NCBI RefSeq assembly: GCF_000015585.1
Contig: NC_008789.1
Location: 450,001-482,000, forward strand
From: Halorhodospira halophila SL1
GTDB lineage: Bacteria; Pseudomonadota; Gammaproteobacteria; Nitrococcales; Halorhodospiraceae
Reading direction: 5' to 3'
DNA: 32,000 nt
The notes below the pieces were generated by a model that was not told where the DNA came from, made no database searches, and saw only the letters and a program-made list of their open reading frames with translations. Below are positions 1 to 8,194 of the stretch, one piece after another. How positions within the stretch are numbered: the stretch's first letter is position 1; the number at the start of each line of letters is the position of its first letter. A program made the translations under genes and the position numbers.

Positions 1-659
1 CCCGCCATCGCACTCCAGCGCTCACTGAGTGGCCCACCGGCAAACAGCGAGTAATGCTGCTCCTCGCCGTCATAGCCCGAATCCAGGCTGCCGAAACGGG
101 CGGTTGCGGTGCCTTGCCACTCATCGGTGGGGGGCCGAGTGATGATGTTGATGACGCCACCGAGCGCGTCGGCCCCGTGCACGGCAGAGGCGGGATTACG
201 GACCACCTCGACGCGTTCGATGGCGGCGGTGGGTGGCAGAGCACCGGTGCGGAAATCATTGTGCGGGAAGAGTTCGTCGAGGTTATTGAGCCGACGCCCG
301 TTGATCAGCATCAGCGTATGGCGAGGCTCAAGCCCCCGGATCTGGGGCCGTTCGCGACCACCCCGGACGGCCGTGGTGTCCACACCCGGGGTATCGCGCA
401 GGATCTCGTCCAGGGTGGTGACCGGCCGACGCGCGATGTCCTCCCGGGAAACCTCGCTGTAGCCGGCAGGCGCCTGCTCGCGGCGCACTGCATCCAGGGC
501 GGAGGTCACCACGACATGATCCAGCCCCGCGTCGCTACGGCCCTCCCCATCGTTCCCGGCAGGCCAGACCACACCGCTTCCGGTACACAGGCCCAAGCCA
601 AGGCAGGCCAGACCCATCGACCGGCACCGCCCCAGCGCTCCACAGGATCTGTACCCCAT
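1..659 (-). CDS. TonB-dependent receptor, N-terminal part (partial, continues past window start)
   Basis: Own translation of the minus strand from ATG 659-657. The frame is open to the window edge, so it is absent from the ORF track. It reads MGYRSCGALGRCRSMGLACLGLGLCTG (signal-like), then plug-domain motifs TLDEILRDTPGVD, IRGLEPRHTLMLINGRRL and IERVEVVRNPASAVHGADALGGVINIITR. Confidence 0.85.
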   Translation of the reverse strand, partial: MGYRSCGALGRCRSMGLACLGLGLCTGSGVVWPAGNDGEGRSDAGLDHVVVTSALDAVRREQAPAGYSEVSREDIARRPVTTLDEILRDTPGVDTTAVRGGRERPQIRGLEPRHTLMLINGRRLNNLDELFPHNDFRTGALPPTAAIERVEVVRNPASAVHGADALGGVINIITRPPTDEWQGTATARFGSLDSGYDGEEQHYSLFAGGPLSERWSAMA

Positions 660-773
660 TGCCACCTCCAGTCAGGCCAAAGAGCCAGCAGTCAAGGCGG
701 GTGCAGATCAAGCGCACCCCCTCCCAGACCTGGCTGGCCCGCGCTGACTGGCGGCTGGCTAGGATTACGTAAA

Positions 774-792
774 CGATAACGATTCGTATTCC
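774..792. promoter_or_regulatory. Fur-box-like operator upstream of the minus-strand TBDR
   Basis: gataacgattcgtattccg matches about 11/19 positions of the Fur consensus GATAATGATAATCATTATC. It is 17/19 identical to the box at 6211-6229, which sits in the same position relative to another minus-strand TBDR. Confidence 0.45.
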
Positions 793-869
793 GGAGTCAA
801 CCCTGCATACTGACCCGGGTCAGGAACCATCGCTTGCCCGCCCCATCGCGGCGGGCTAGAATCGCTACC

Positions 870-888
870 GACAATGATTCTCATCCGC
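870..888. promoter_or_regulatory. Fur-box-like operator upstream of hemP
   Basis: gacaatgattctcatccgc matches about 13/19 positions of GATAATGATAATCATTATC. It lies 64 nt upstream of the hemP ATG. Confidence 0.5.
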
Positions 889-951
889 ACTAAAGCGGGT
901 GTGCGCCCGGAGACACGGGCAAAAACGAACGGCTATCGAAGGGAAGGAGCC

Positions 952-1158
952 ATGACCAGAGAGGATCAGGAGCCGACGAAATCCCGCGTACACCAAGAGG
1001 CCCGCGCCCCCGGCACCGATCGGGAACAGCGGCCGCAGATTCCGCGCATCGACAGCGCGACCCTCTTCAACGGCGGGCAGCGTGTTCTCATCCACCACCG
1101 CGGCGAGGATTACCAGCTCCGGGCAACCCGCCAGGGCAAGCTCATCCTGACCAAGTAG
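952..1158 (+). CDS. hemP: Hemin uptake protein HemP
   Basis: The C-terminus ATLFNGGQRVLIHHRGEDYQLRATRQGKLILTK is the HemP-family signature. I place the start at ATG 952, behind GGAAGGAG, rather than at the track start 874. Confidence 0.85.
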   Translation: MTREDQEPTKSRVHQEARAPGTDREQRPQIPRIDSATLFNGGQRVLIHHRGEDYQLRATRQGKLILTK

Positions 1159-1338
1159 GTACCGGCGCCTCTCACGCACTGCGCCGCGGGCCACTTTCTA
1201 CCGTTTTGTATTCCATTTTAGCAAGCCAGGTGCACCCCCCCTCTCCGCACCCAGCCAGCCAACCCGATACGGGGTCCGTTCGTGGAGCACTCCACACCCC
1301 GGACGGGCTGACGACTGGCCAAGAGGAGAGTGATCACG

Positions 1339-3390
1339 ATGCACCCGAGACAAATCCGCACCATCCGGCCGCTGTTCACGTACTCCAGCCTGGTCGCGCT
1401 CGTTACACTCAGCGCGGCGGTCAAAGCCGATGACCCCCCGGCGGAACTGCCGGAGGTCTTGGTCGAACCCCCCGAGGAGACGGAAGGCAGCGGCACCGAG
1501 CGGAGCGCACGCCAGCAATCCCATCGCCTGCACGACCTCTTCCGTGGGGATTCCGAGACCCACGTCAGCGGCCCGCGGCAGGCCCAGCGCCTCTATCTGC
1601 GCGGCATCGAGGGCAGTCAAACCCAGATCACCATCGACGGCGCCCGCCAGGGCCGCGACCTGCACAACCACCGCGGCGGCCTGAGCGGGATCGACCCCGC
1701 CTTCCTGCGCCGGGCTGATGCCGAACCCGGTCCGCCGGCGGCCGATGACGGCCACGGGGCCACCGGAGGCTCCGTGCGCTTCGAGACCATCGACGCCGGC
1801 GACCTGGTCGATCCCGAGACCGGCTACGGGGGCTTCGCCCGCGGCGTTCGGGGCAGCGCCGCCGATTCCCTGACCACCAGCGCCGCGGGCGCCATCCAAC
1901 CCACGGATCGCGTCGGCCTGCTGGTCGGGGGCAGCTACACTTCATTGGACGATTACCGCGTCGGCGGCGGGGATATCAAGGAGTACACCGGCTACGACGA
2001 CCGCAACCTGTTGCTGCGGCTCAACGCCGACGACGGCCACAACCAACGGGTCCGCCTCGGCTACGAGGAAAACGAGAACCGGGGGGAACTGCCAATGAAT
2101 GCCGGCGACCGGGTCCGGGGCGCCGATGGGCACATCCGCGAGGACGACATCGCCGACCAGCGCATGGTGCGGGAGACCACCAGCCTCAACTACGAGTACC
2201 ACCCGGAAACGCGGTGGGTCGGCCTGGAGTTCGACCTCTATCGCAACAAGAGCGAATGGGAGAATCGCGACGACGATACCGGTTTCCTCAGCGACGGCGT
2301 CGGCGGCCGCCTGGCCAACACCGCCACCCTGGCACGGGGCTCACTCGGTCCCCTGGGCCACAGTGAGAACCGCCTGACGGTCGGCGGTGACCTGTACCAG
2401 GACACGGGTGAGGCGGACCACGGAGACATCCTGACCTACGACGCTCAGGGGCTGTTCGTGCAGAACCGGCTGGAGAGCGAGCGACTGGATCTATCCTTCG
2501 GGTTGCGCGGCGACTGGATGGAGACCGACTACGAGCAACCCGGCGAGTCGGTGGATTTCTCGGAACTCTCCACCAACGCCCGCATCGGCTACTGGGCCAC
2601 CCCCTCCACGGAGATCTTCGCCGGCTACGGCGAGTCCGCCCAGGGCCGCTCCGAGACGGTCGCACTGCATTTGGACCGCAACATCGACACCGAAACGCGG
2701 ATCGACTACGACGAGCCGCAGACCAGCACCACGGCGGAGGCCGGCATCCAATCCGAGCAACCGCTGGCCGGAGGCTATCTGGAGCTGTCGGGCACCCTGT
2801 TCCGGACCGACATCGACGATCTGATCCTCTACGAGTACGAGCGGCCGACGAACCTGGGACGACAAACGCCTCAGAGCGTCTACAACCTCGACGAACAGAT
2901 CACCACGGAGGGCTATACCCTCAAGGCAGCGTGGCGGGGGGAGGACCTCTACAGCGCATTGAGCTTCACCCACGACAAGGTCCGCGGCCTCGACAGTGGC
3001 AATGCGCTAGGTACCAGCCGCCCCGATGCACGTCAGCAGCTGGTTCGGACGGTCGGCCCGCAGGGCGACCGCCTCGTCTGGGACAACGTCTACCAGCTCC
3101 ACCCCGCCTTCCAAGTGGGCTACACCCTGAAGATGGTCGCCGATCTGGAGCGGGTGATCCCCGGGGATGGAGAACGTGACGGCTACAACATCCACGACGT
3201 GCAAATGCGGTGGCAGCCCCCGGGCGAGACGGATGTCACCGTTTACTTCGTAGTCCACAACCTGTTCGATGAAGAGTACGCCGGCCATACGGCGATACCG
3301 CAGTACGAAGCCGGAGAGACCGTGGCGGACAGTGACTACCTGCGGGAGCCGGGACGGGACATGCGCCTCGGCGCCAAGGTGCAGTTCTAG
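1339..3390 (+). CDS. TonB-dependent outer-membrane receptor (heme/hemoprotein-type suggested by hemP linkage)
   Basis: Signal peptide MHPRQIRTIRPLFTYSSLVALVTLSAAVKA. Plug motifs LYLRGIEGSQTQITIDGARQGRDLHNHRGG. Beta-barrel with the terminal sequence RLGAKVQF. ATG 1339 follows GAGGAGAG (track start 1330 is GTG). Confidence 0.9.
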   Translation: MHPRQIRTIRPLFTYSSLVALVTLSAAVKADDPPAELPEVLVEPPEETEGSGTERSARQQSHRLHDLFRGDSETHVSGPRQAQRLYLRGIEGSQTQITIDGARQGRDLHNHRGGLSGIDPAFLRRADAEPGPPAADDGHGATGGSVRFETIDAGDLVDPETGYGGFARGVRGSAADSLTTSAAGAIQPTDRVGLLVGGSYTSLDDYRVGGGDIKEYTGYDDRNLLLRLNADDGHNQRVRLGYEENENRGELPMNAGDRVRGADGHIREDDIADQRMVRETTSLNYEYHPETRWVGLEFDLYRNKSEWENRDDDTGFLSDGVGGRLANTATLARGSLGPLGHSENRLTVGGDLYQDTGEADHGDILTYDAQGLFVQNRLESERLDLSFGLRGDWMETDYEQPGESVDFSELSTNARIGYWATPSTEIFAGYGESAQGRSETVALHLDRNIDTETRIDYDEPQTSTTAEAGIQSEQPLAGGYLELSGTLFRTDIDDLILYEYERPTNLGRQTPQSVYNLDEQITTEGYTLKAAWRGEDLYSALSFTHDKVRGLDSGNALGTSRPDARQQLVRTVGPQGDRLVWDNVYQLHPAFQVGYTLKMVADLERVIPGDGERDGYNIHDVQMRWQPPGETDVTVYFVVHNLFDEEYAGHTAIPQYEAGETVADSDYLREPGRDMRLGAKVQF

Positions 3391-3457
3391 GGGGCGTCGC
3401 GGGTTGGGGGCCCCGATAGGCGCCCCCGGCCGCGCTCCCTAAACCCCACGGGGTAGC

Positions 3458-3970
3458 TCAGCGCTTCTCGAAACGGTAGGCGCTGTGGCAGGAGACACAC
3501 ACATCTTGTATACCGACCAGCTGCCGCTTGGTATGCGCCGGATCACCAAGTTCACGGGCATCCTGAGCCAAATTTCGGAATTGACCGTGTGTCTCTTGCA
3601 TCATGCCTTGAAAAGCTCTTGGGGTCGCCTCACGACGCGCTTCCCGCCTGGACTCCTCTTCCTCGGTCGGTTCGCCCTGTTGCTCCTGTGCCCCCTCCTC
3701 TGTGGGCGAACCACCCGGAACGGCCTCGAGGGCATGCGCTTCAACGGCCTCCATATCCCCGTCTAACGCGTCTTCCAGAATATCTCTGAGTGCCTGCTGA
3801 AAACCGCGCATGCGCTCGTGGTAGCGGAAGTATTCTTCGGCCTCCCGCTCCACCGCGATGCGATCTTCTGCTGCGGCCTCATCGGCACCACTCACCCATA
3901 CCAGAGCCAGTACCAGTCCTCCCGCGACGGGAGCAGCGAACGATTTCTTGAATGATGTTTGGCACCTCAC
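3458..3970 (-). CDS. Class II cytochrome c (cytochrome c'/c-556-like), secreted, with acidic insert
   Basis: C-terminal heme site VCVSCHSAYRFEKR, in the position typical of four-helix-bundle class II cytochromes c. Signal-like KKSFAAPVAGGLVLALVWVSGA. Paralog of 16716-17252. I start it at GTG 3970, 8 nt after GGAGGAG. The track's longer start at 4075 would overlap the upstream TBDR. Confidence 0.65.
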   Translation of the reverse strand: MRCQTSFKKSFAAPVAGGLVLALVWVSGADEAAAEDRIAVEREAEEYFRYHERMRGFQQALRDILEDALDGDMEAVEAHALEAVPGGSPTEEGAQEQQGEPTEEEESRREARREATPRAFQGMMQETHGQFRNLAQDARELGDPAHTKRQLVGIQDVCVSCHSAYRFEKR

Positions 3971-4071
3971 GATTTGGTCTCCTCCAGGACAGCGCGTTGG
4001 GCGGCGGACGATGGCTGCCCAACGCTGCAGTCTTTTTGCGCGCGGGGTCGGGTGTCCTGCTTCATCAAGAG

Positions 4072-6075
4072 TCAAAAACGCAGCGCCGCTTCCAGGCGGA
4101 TATCCCGCCCCGGCTCATCGCGAACAATCAGCTCACCATCCTGCTCCGACACCAGCGATGTGTGCTCGGCATACTGTTCGTCAAAGAGGTTGTTCACGAC
4201 CACCCCCAGCGTGACCTGCTCATCCGCCCACGGCTGCCACTGGACCTGGATGTCGTGAAGGTGATAACCGTCGCGCTCCGGCTCATCGTCAGGTACATCG
4301 GTGTCATCCCCCACCCAGGTGAGCGTATACCCCAGGGTCAGGGTTTCATGAGCCGCCCAACGGTGATCCCAGACCAGACGATCACCACCACTTCCGGCCA
4401 GACGACGGCTAACCCCAGCCGGGTCGCCATCGTCGTCCTCCGTCTCGGCGCTCAGGAACGACAGCCGCGTGTCATAGGCATTCACCCCCCATGCGGCCCG
4501 CAGCTCATAGCCGCTGATCCGGACATCGCGCTGCCCGAGACGAACACCCGATTGGTGCGGGGGACCACCGCCAACGCGTTCAAGGCTGTTGTCGATGCGC
4601 GTCTCGAAAACCGTCGCCTCGAGGTTCAGGCGATCACGGGAGGCGACCAGACCCCGGCCCTGATACCGCAGGCCGCCCTCGCTGCGGCGGGACTCCTCGG
4701 TCTTTAAAGACTGATCGTCGTTGCCCTCTTCGATGTACTGCACCCAGCCGATGGGCATTGTGCCGCCAGGACCTCTGGCTGCCTCCCCGTAACCGCCGAA
4801 GACCGCCCAGCCCGCCGCAAGATCGAGTTCTGCACTCAGGTTGGGGGAAAAAGCGTCACCCTCGGGGTTCCGCTCTCCCAGGGCACTGGTGTAGTCATCG
4901 AAACGCAGGCCACTCGAAAGGCGGAGTCGTTCCCACTCCATGCGGTTCTGCAGGAAGGCACCGAAGTTGCGGTCCGTGTAGCTCAGCCGCGGGCCGTCGT
5001 CCTGCTCGAGACGACCATCCTCGGTGTAGTAGTCGAAACCCGCGGTGAGCTGGTGACGCGTCGGTCCGGCATTGAGGGAGAAGGTGTTGCGAAGATCGCC
5101 GCCGTGCTCAAGTGCGCGCGTCTCGGTGCCCTGATCCAGACGTTTGAGCCGATTATCGTTGCGATAAACCCGTGCCTGCCAGTCCACGTTGGGGTCGGTG
5201 GGGTCGTAACGGTGCTCCACCGTCCACGTGTCCCGTCGCAGCTCCTGTTTTTCCGGCTCCCCTCGGTGCTCTACCCGGGGATCGCCAAAATCACTGCCCG
5301 CCCCACCGGAGAGCGTATCGCCCTCAAAGCTGTGCCGCTGGACACCGAGGCGCAGTTCATGCCCGTGCACAGGCATTCGGCTAGCCTGCAGCAGGTAGCT
5401 ACGATCGCCTCCGCCCGAGTACGGCATGTTGTCACCGCCCCCGGTCTCGTAATCGTCCCGGTTCGCCCCACTCACATGGGCGAGGGCGCCCCAATCGAAA
5501 CCCAACCGCTGAAAGACAGTGGCTGATCCCTGCTCGGAAGAATCGGCTGTTGCGTAACCGGCCCTCAAGCGTGCACCCGTCTGCTCATCAGGATCGAGGA
5601 GCTGCTGCGCGTCGACCGTCCGGAAGCGTACGCTGCCACCCAGCGCGCCGGGACCTTGATCCGCCGCAGGCCGCGTATCGACTTCCACGTCATCGAGCAG
5701 CTGCGGATCGAGACCGGTTAGGCCACCACGGTGCTGGTGGAGGTCGCGACCTTGCCGAGCACCATCGACGGTCACGTTGAGGTTGTTTGACTCAACCCCG
5801 CGCAGGTAGAGGCGCTGGGCGTTGCGACTGCCGCCCCCTACGGTGGCTGACGCATCACCCCGAAAGAGCTCGCCGCTGCGCGAGGACTGGCGCCTCTGGA
5901 ATTCTTCGCGGCTCGAGCCCCGCCCCAGCGAATCGACGCTGGACTCGACACGCACAACAGGCAAGTCATCCGCATCTTTGGCGGGCAACGATACGGGAAG
6001 GAGCGTCACCAAACCACCGCTGAAAAGCGTAAGGGACCTGAAAAAGGGGGCTGTACACGATCGCCTCGGATGCAT
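4072..6075 (-). CDS. TonB-dependent outer-membrane receptor (paralog of 1339-3390)
   Basis: MHPRRSCTAPFFRSLTLFSGGLVTLLPVSLPA signal. Plug LYLRGVESNNLNVTVDGARQGRDLHQHRGG. C-terminal RLEAALRF. ATG 6075 lies 9 nt after AGGAGG (track start 6099 is TTG). Confidence 0.9.
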   Translation of the reverse strand: MHPRRSCTAPFFRSLTLFSGGLVTLLPVSLPAKDADDLPVVRVESSVDSLGRGSSREEFQRRQSSRSGELFRGDASATVGGGSRNAQRLYLRGVESNNLNVTVDGARQGRDLHQHRGGLTGLDPQLLDDVEVDTRPAADQGPGALGGSVRFRTVDAQQLLDPDEQTGARLRAGYATADSSEQGSATVFQRLGFDWGALAHVSGANRDDYETGGGDNMPYSGGGDRSYLLQASRMPVHGHELRLGVQRHSFEGDTLSGGAGSDFGDPRVEHRGEPEKQELRRDTWTVEHRYDPTDPNVDWQARVYRNDNRLKRLDQGTETRALEHGGDLRNTFSLNAGPTRHQLTAGFDYYTEDGRLEQDDGPRLSYTDRNFGAFLQNRMEWERLRLSSGLRFDDYTSALGERNPEGDAFSPNLSAELDLAAGWAVFGGYGEAARGPGGTMPIGWVQYIEEGNDDQSLKTEESRRSEGGLRYQGRGLVASRDRLNLEATVFETRIDNSLERVGGGPPHQSGVRLGQRDVRISGYELRAAWGVNAYDTRLSFLSAETEDDDGDPAGVSRRLAGSGGDRLVWDHRWAAHETLTLGYTLTWVGDDTDVPDDEPERDGYHLHDIQVQWQPWADEQVTLGVVVNNLFDEQYAEHTSLVSEQDGELIVRDEPGRDIRLEAALRF

Positions 6076-6210
6076 CGACTTCGACCTCCTGATTGCCAAC
6101 TCAAAGGCCGATCCGGGTCGTCACCAGGGACTCAACCGGTTACTCGGCCACTCATGGCTGGCTAGGCGCGGAGAGTGTCGATGCACCTGGCTGGCTCAGA
6201 ACGCCCCAAT

Positions 6211-6229
6211 GATAACGATTCGCATTACG
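6211..6229. promoter_or_regulatory. Fur-box-like operator upstream of TBDR 4072-6075
   Basis: gataacgattcgcattacg matches about 13/19 positions of the Fur consensus. It lies 136 nt upstream of the ATG at 6075. Confidence 0.5.
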
Positions 6230-6245
6230 TTTTCCAACTAAGGCG

Positions 6246-6258
6246 CCCCCCCCCCCCC
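6246..6258. repeat. Homopolymeric C13 tract (G13 on minus strand)
   Basis: Direct count in aggcg-ccccccccccccc-gagtc. It is intergenic, 17 nt from the Fur-like box. Confidence 0.95.
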
Positions 6259-6367
6259 GAGTCATGAAGGTGGGCACCCGATCGATCGACGAAAGCCGAC
6301 TCCCACGCTTTGCTCACGGCCGGAGAATCGGCTAGATTGCTCGCTAGGCCGGGCGGAGGCGCAAGTT

Positions 6368-6613
6368 TTGGCGTTTGAACTCTTCACGGTGGTCGGTCTT
6401 GCGCTTGCGGCGCTCGTCGCGGCCATCGTCATCCAGCGGCGCGGCGGTCGCCTGACACCGGGCGGAGACGATGCTCTGACCCGCGCCTGTCACGGCGATC
6501 AGGAGCAGGCCGACCGCCTGGAGGCGGCCGAGCAGGAACGGGCGGGCCGGAGGCTATCCCGAAACGAGGCGCGCCGCCGCGCGGCAGAGCGCCTGAAACG
6601 GGATCGCGTCTAG
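6368..6613 (+). CDS. Hypothetical small membrane-anchored protein with charged C-terminal tail
   Basis: TTG start 8 nt after GGAGG. N-terminal TM segment FELFTVVGLALAALVAAIVI. Strong G/C bias at third codon positions. No family recognised. Confidence 0.45.
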   Translation: MAFELFTVVGLALAALVAAIVIQRRGGRLTPGGDDALTRACHGDQEQADRLEAAEQERAGRRLSRNEARRRAAERLKRDRV

Positions 6614-6616
6614 GGC

Positions 6617-7090
6617 ATGCTCGTCTGGCTGCTGATTGCCGGCGTCCTGGCGGCCATCGACCTCGGTGCCCGACCCTCCAGCCTGCAGCGGGGGTATCTG
6701 CTTGCCGCGGCGCTCGGCGGCCTGGCCGCAGCCGTCGCCAGTCTCGCCCTGGCCGAGGTGCATCAGTTCGTGATTGCGCTGCTCGTTGGCGCGGCGGCGG
6801 CGCGCTTTCTGCCCCCGGCCCTTCAACGCCGGCATCACCGCCTCCGGAAGGAGGCCGCAAGGGAGTACGAGCTTGTCGAGGTGGACGTCACCGAAGACGG
6901 CACGCCCTACGTGCAGCCCACCACCGAGATCGCACCCATCCCGGCCATGCTTGAGGATCGCGGTGAACTGACCGCTGGCGATCCGGTCTGGGTGCTCCGC
7001 ATCGAGCAGGGCGTGGCGATCGTGCGATCGGCCAGCGGCCGGCGTGGACGTGTCCCCCCGCCGCTGAGCCGCTGCCGCTGGATGCGGTAA
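6617..7090 (+). CDS. Hypothetical membrane protein
   Basis: Starts 4 nt after the previous stop. Two to three TM segments (LVWLLIAGVLAAI, LLAAALGGLAAAVASLALA, FVIALLVGAAAA) and a soluble C-terminal domain. Any NfeD-like resemblance is weak. Confidence 0.5.
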   Translation: MLVWLLIAGVLAAIDLGARPSSLQRGYLLAAALGGLAAAVASLALAEVHQFVIALLVGAAAARFLPPALQRRHHRLRKEAAREYELVEVDVTEDGTPYVQPTTEIAPIPAMLEDRGELTAGDPVWVLRIEQGVAIVRSASGRRGRVPPPLSRCRWMR

Positions 7091-7118
7091 TCGCCCCATT
7101 TCAGGGGCCACCGCAAAG

Positions 7119-7175
7119 CCCCGGTTCCCCCAGCACCTGCTCCGCCTGAGAGGAGCGGGTGCTGGGGGACCGGGG
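7119..7175. terminator. Long GC-rich hairpin between convergent genes (bidirectional terminator candidate)
   Basis: CCCCGGTTCCCCCAGCACC ... GGTGCTGGGGGACCGGGG, with the inner pair GCTCC/GGAGC. It lies between the stop at 7090 (+) and the stop at 7196 (-). Confidence 0.55.
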
Positions 7176-7195
7176 TCGAGCGTTCGACGGCGCGG

Positions 7196-8113
7196 TCAGG
7201 AAGACACGACCCGGTACCCCGCAGCAGTCAATCGCTCCGCCAGTTCCGCGATATGGGCCGGGCCCACTTCGCAGCAACCGCCCACCAGGGTCGCGCCCTG
7301 TTCCACCCAGTGAAGCGCGTGCTCGGCGTAGGCGGCCGGGTCCAGATCCGTGCGCGACTCGAGCACATCCACGGTACCACCGGGCTGAAGCGCGGCCACG
7401 GAGGTGAACGCGTTGGCATACCCGCCGAACGGCACCCCCAGTCCGGTGAGTTCACCCATCGCGGTGGTGACCGCTTCGGGGATGGCGCAGTTGACCAGCA
7501 CGCGCTCGGCACCGGCGGCCACAACCGCCTGGGCCGCCTGGATTAGCGATTCGCCCGAGCGCAGGCGCGTACCGTCGCCATCGTCCACCGTGAAGGCCAC
7601 CCACACCGGTAGGTTGCTCTCGACCGCTGCCTCGGTCGCCGCCCGCGCTTCGCGGGCCAGGGACATCGTCTCGCAGATGAAAAGATCGACGCCCTGGGCC
7701 TGGGCCTGGGCCTCCACCATGCGGCGATAGCCCTCGAGGCAGTCGGCGTCGTTCGGTGCCACATCCGGGCGATAGCTGGCTACCAGCGGCGGCAGGCAAC
7801 CGGCGATGCGCACATCCTGCTGACCGGACGCGTCGCGCGCCTGGCGGGCCGCGTCCAGCGCAGCGGCATGGAGCGAATCGAACAGCTCGGGCGCCCCGTC
7901 GCGGGCCAGGCGCTGCGGCGTCGCACTATAGGTATTGGCCGTAATGACCCGCGCGCCGGCCTGGATGAAATCACGATGGGCGGCGGTGACCAGATCGGGC
8001 TCGTCCAGCATGACCTGGGCCGACCAAAGCGGTGTGACGGGCTGACTGCTGCGCCGCCGGAGCTCCTGGCCCATCCCGCCGTCCAGCAGTACGACATCTC
8101 TTTCCTGGGTCAT
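7196..8113 (-). CDS. Homocysteine S-methyltransferase family protein
   Basis: VVLLDGGMGQEL, PLWSA, DFIQAGARVITANTYSA and the C-terminal zinc-site GGCCEVGPAHI are typical of the PF02574 family. ATG 8113 follows GAGGAGAG. Confidence 0.9.
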   Translation of the reverse strand: MTQERDVVLLDGGMGQELRRRSSQPVTPLWSAQVMLDEPDLVTAAHRDFIQAGARVITANTYSATPQRLARDGAPELFDSLHAAALDAARQARDASGQQDVRIAGCLPPLVASYRPDVAPNDADCLEGYRRMVEAQAQAQGVDLFICETMSLAREARAATEAAVESNLPVWVAFTVDDGDGTRLRSGESLIQAAQAVVAAGAERVLVNCAIPEAVTTAMGELTGLGVPFGGYANAFTSVAALQPGGTVDVLESRTDLDPAAYAEHALHWVEQGATLVGGCCEVGPAHIAELAERLTAAGYRVVSS

Positions 8114-8194
8114 GAAGCCGCTCTCCTCTCTTGGGGTTATCCGTGAGTTCAGCACCGCCGCCGTCCGGCGGGGCTGTGCAGAATCAATCCATCG

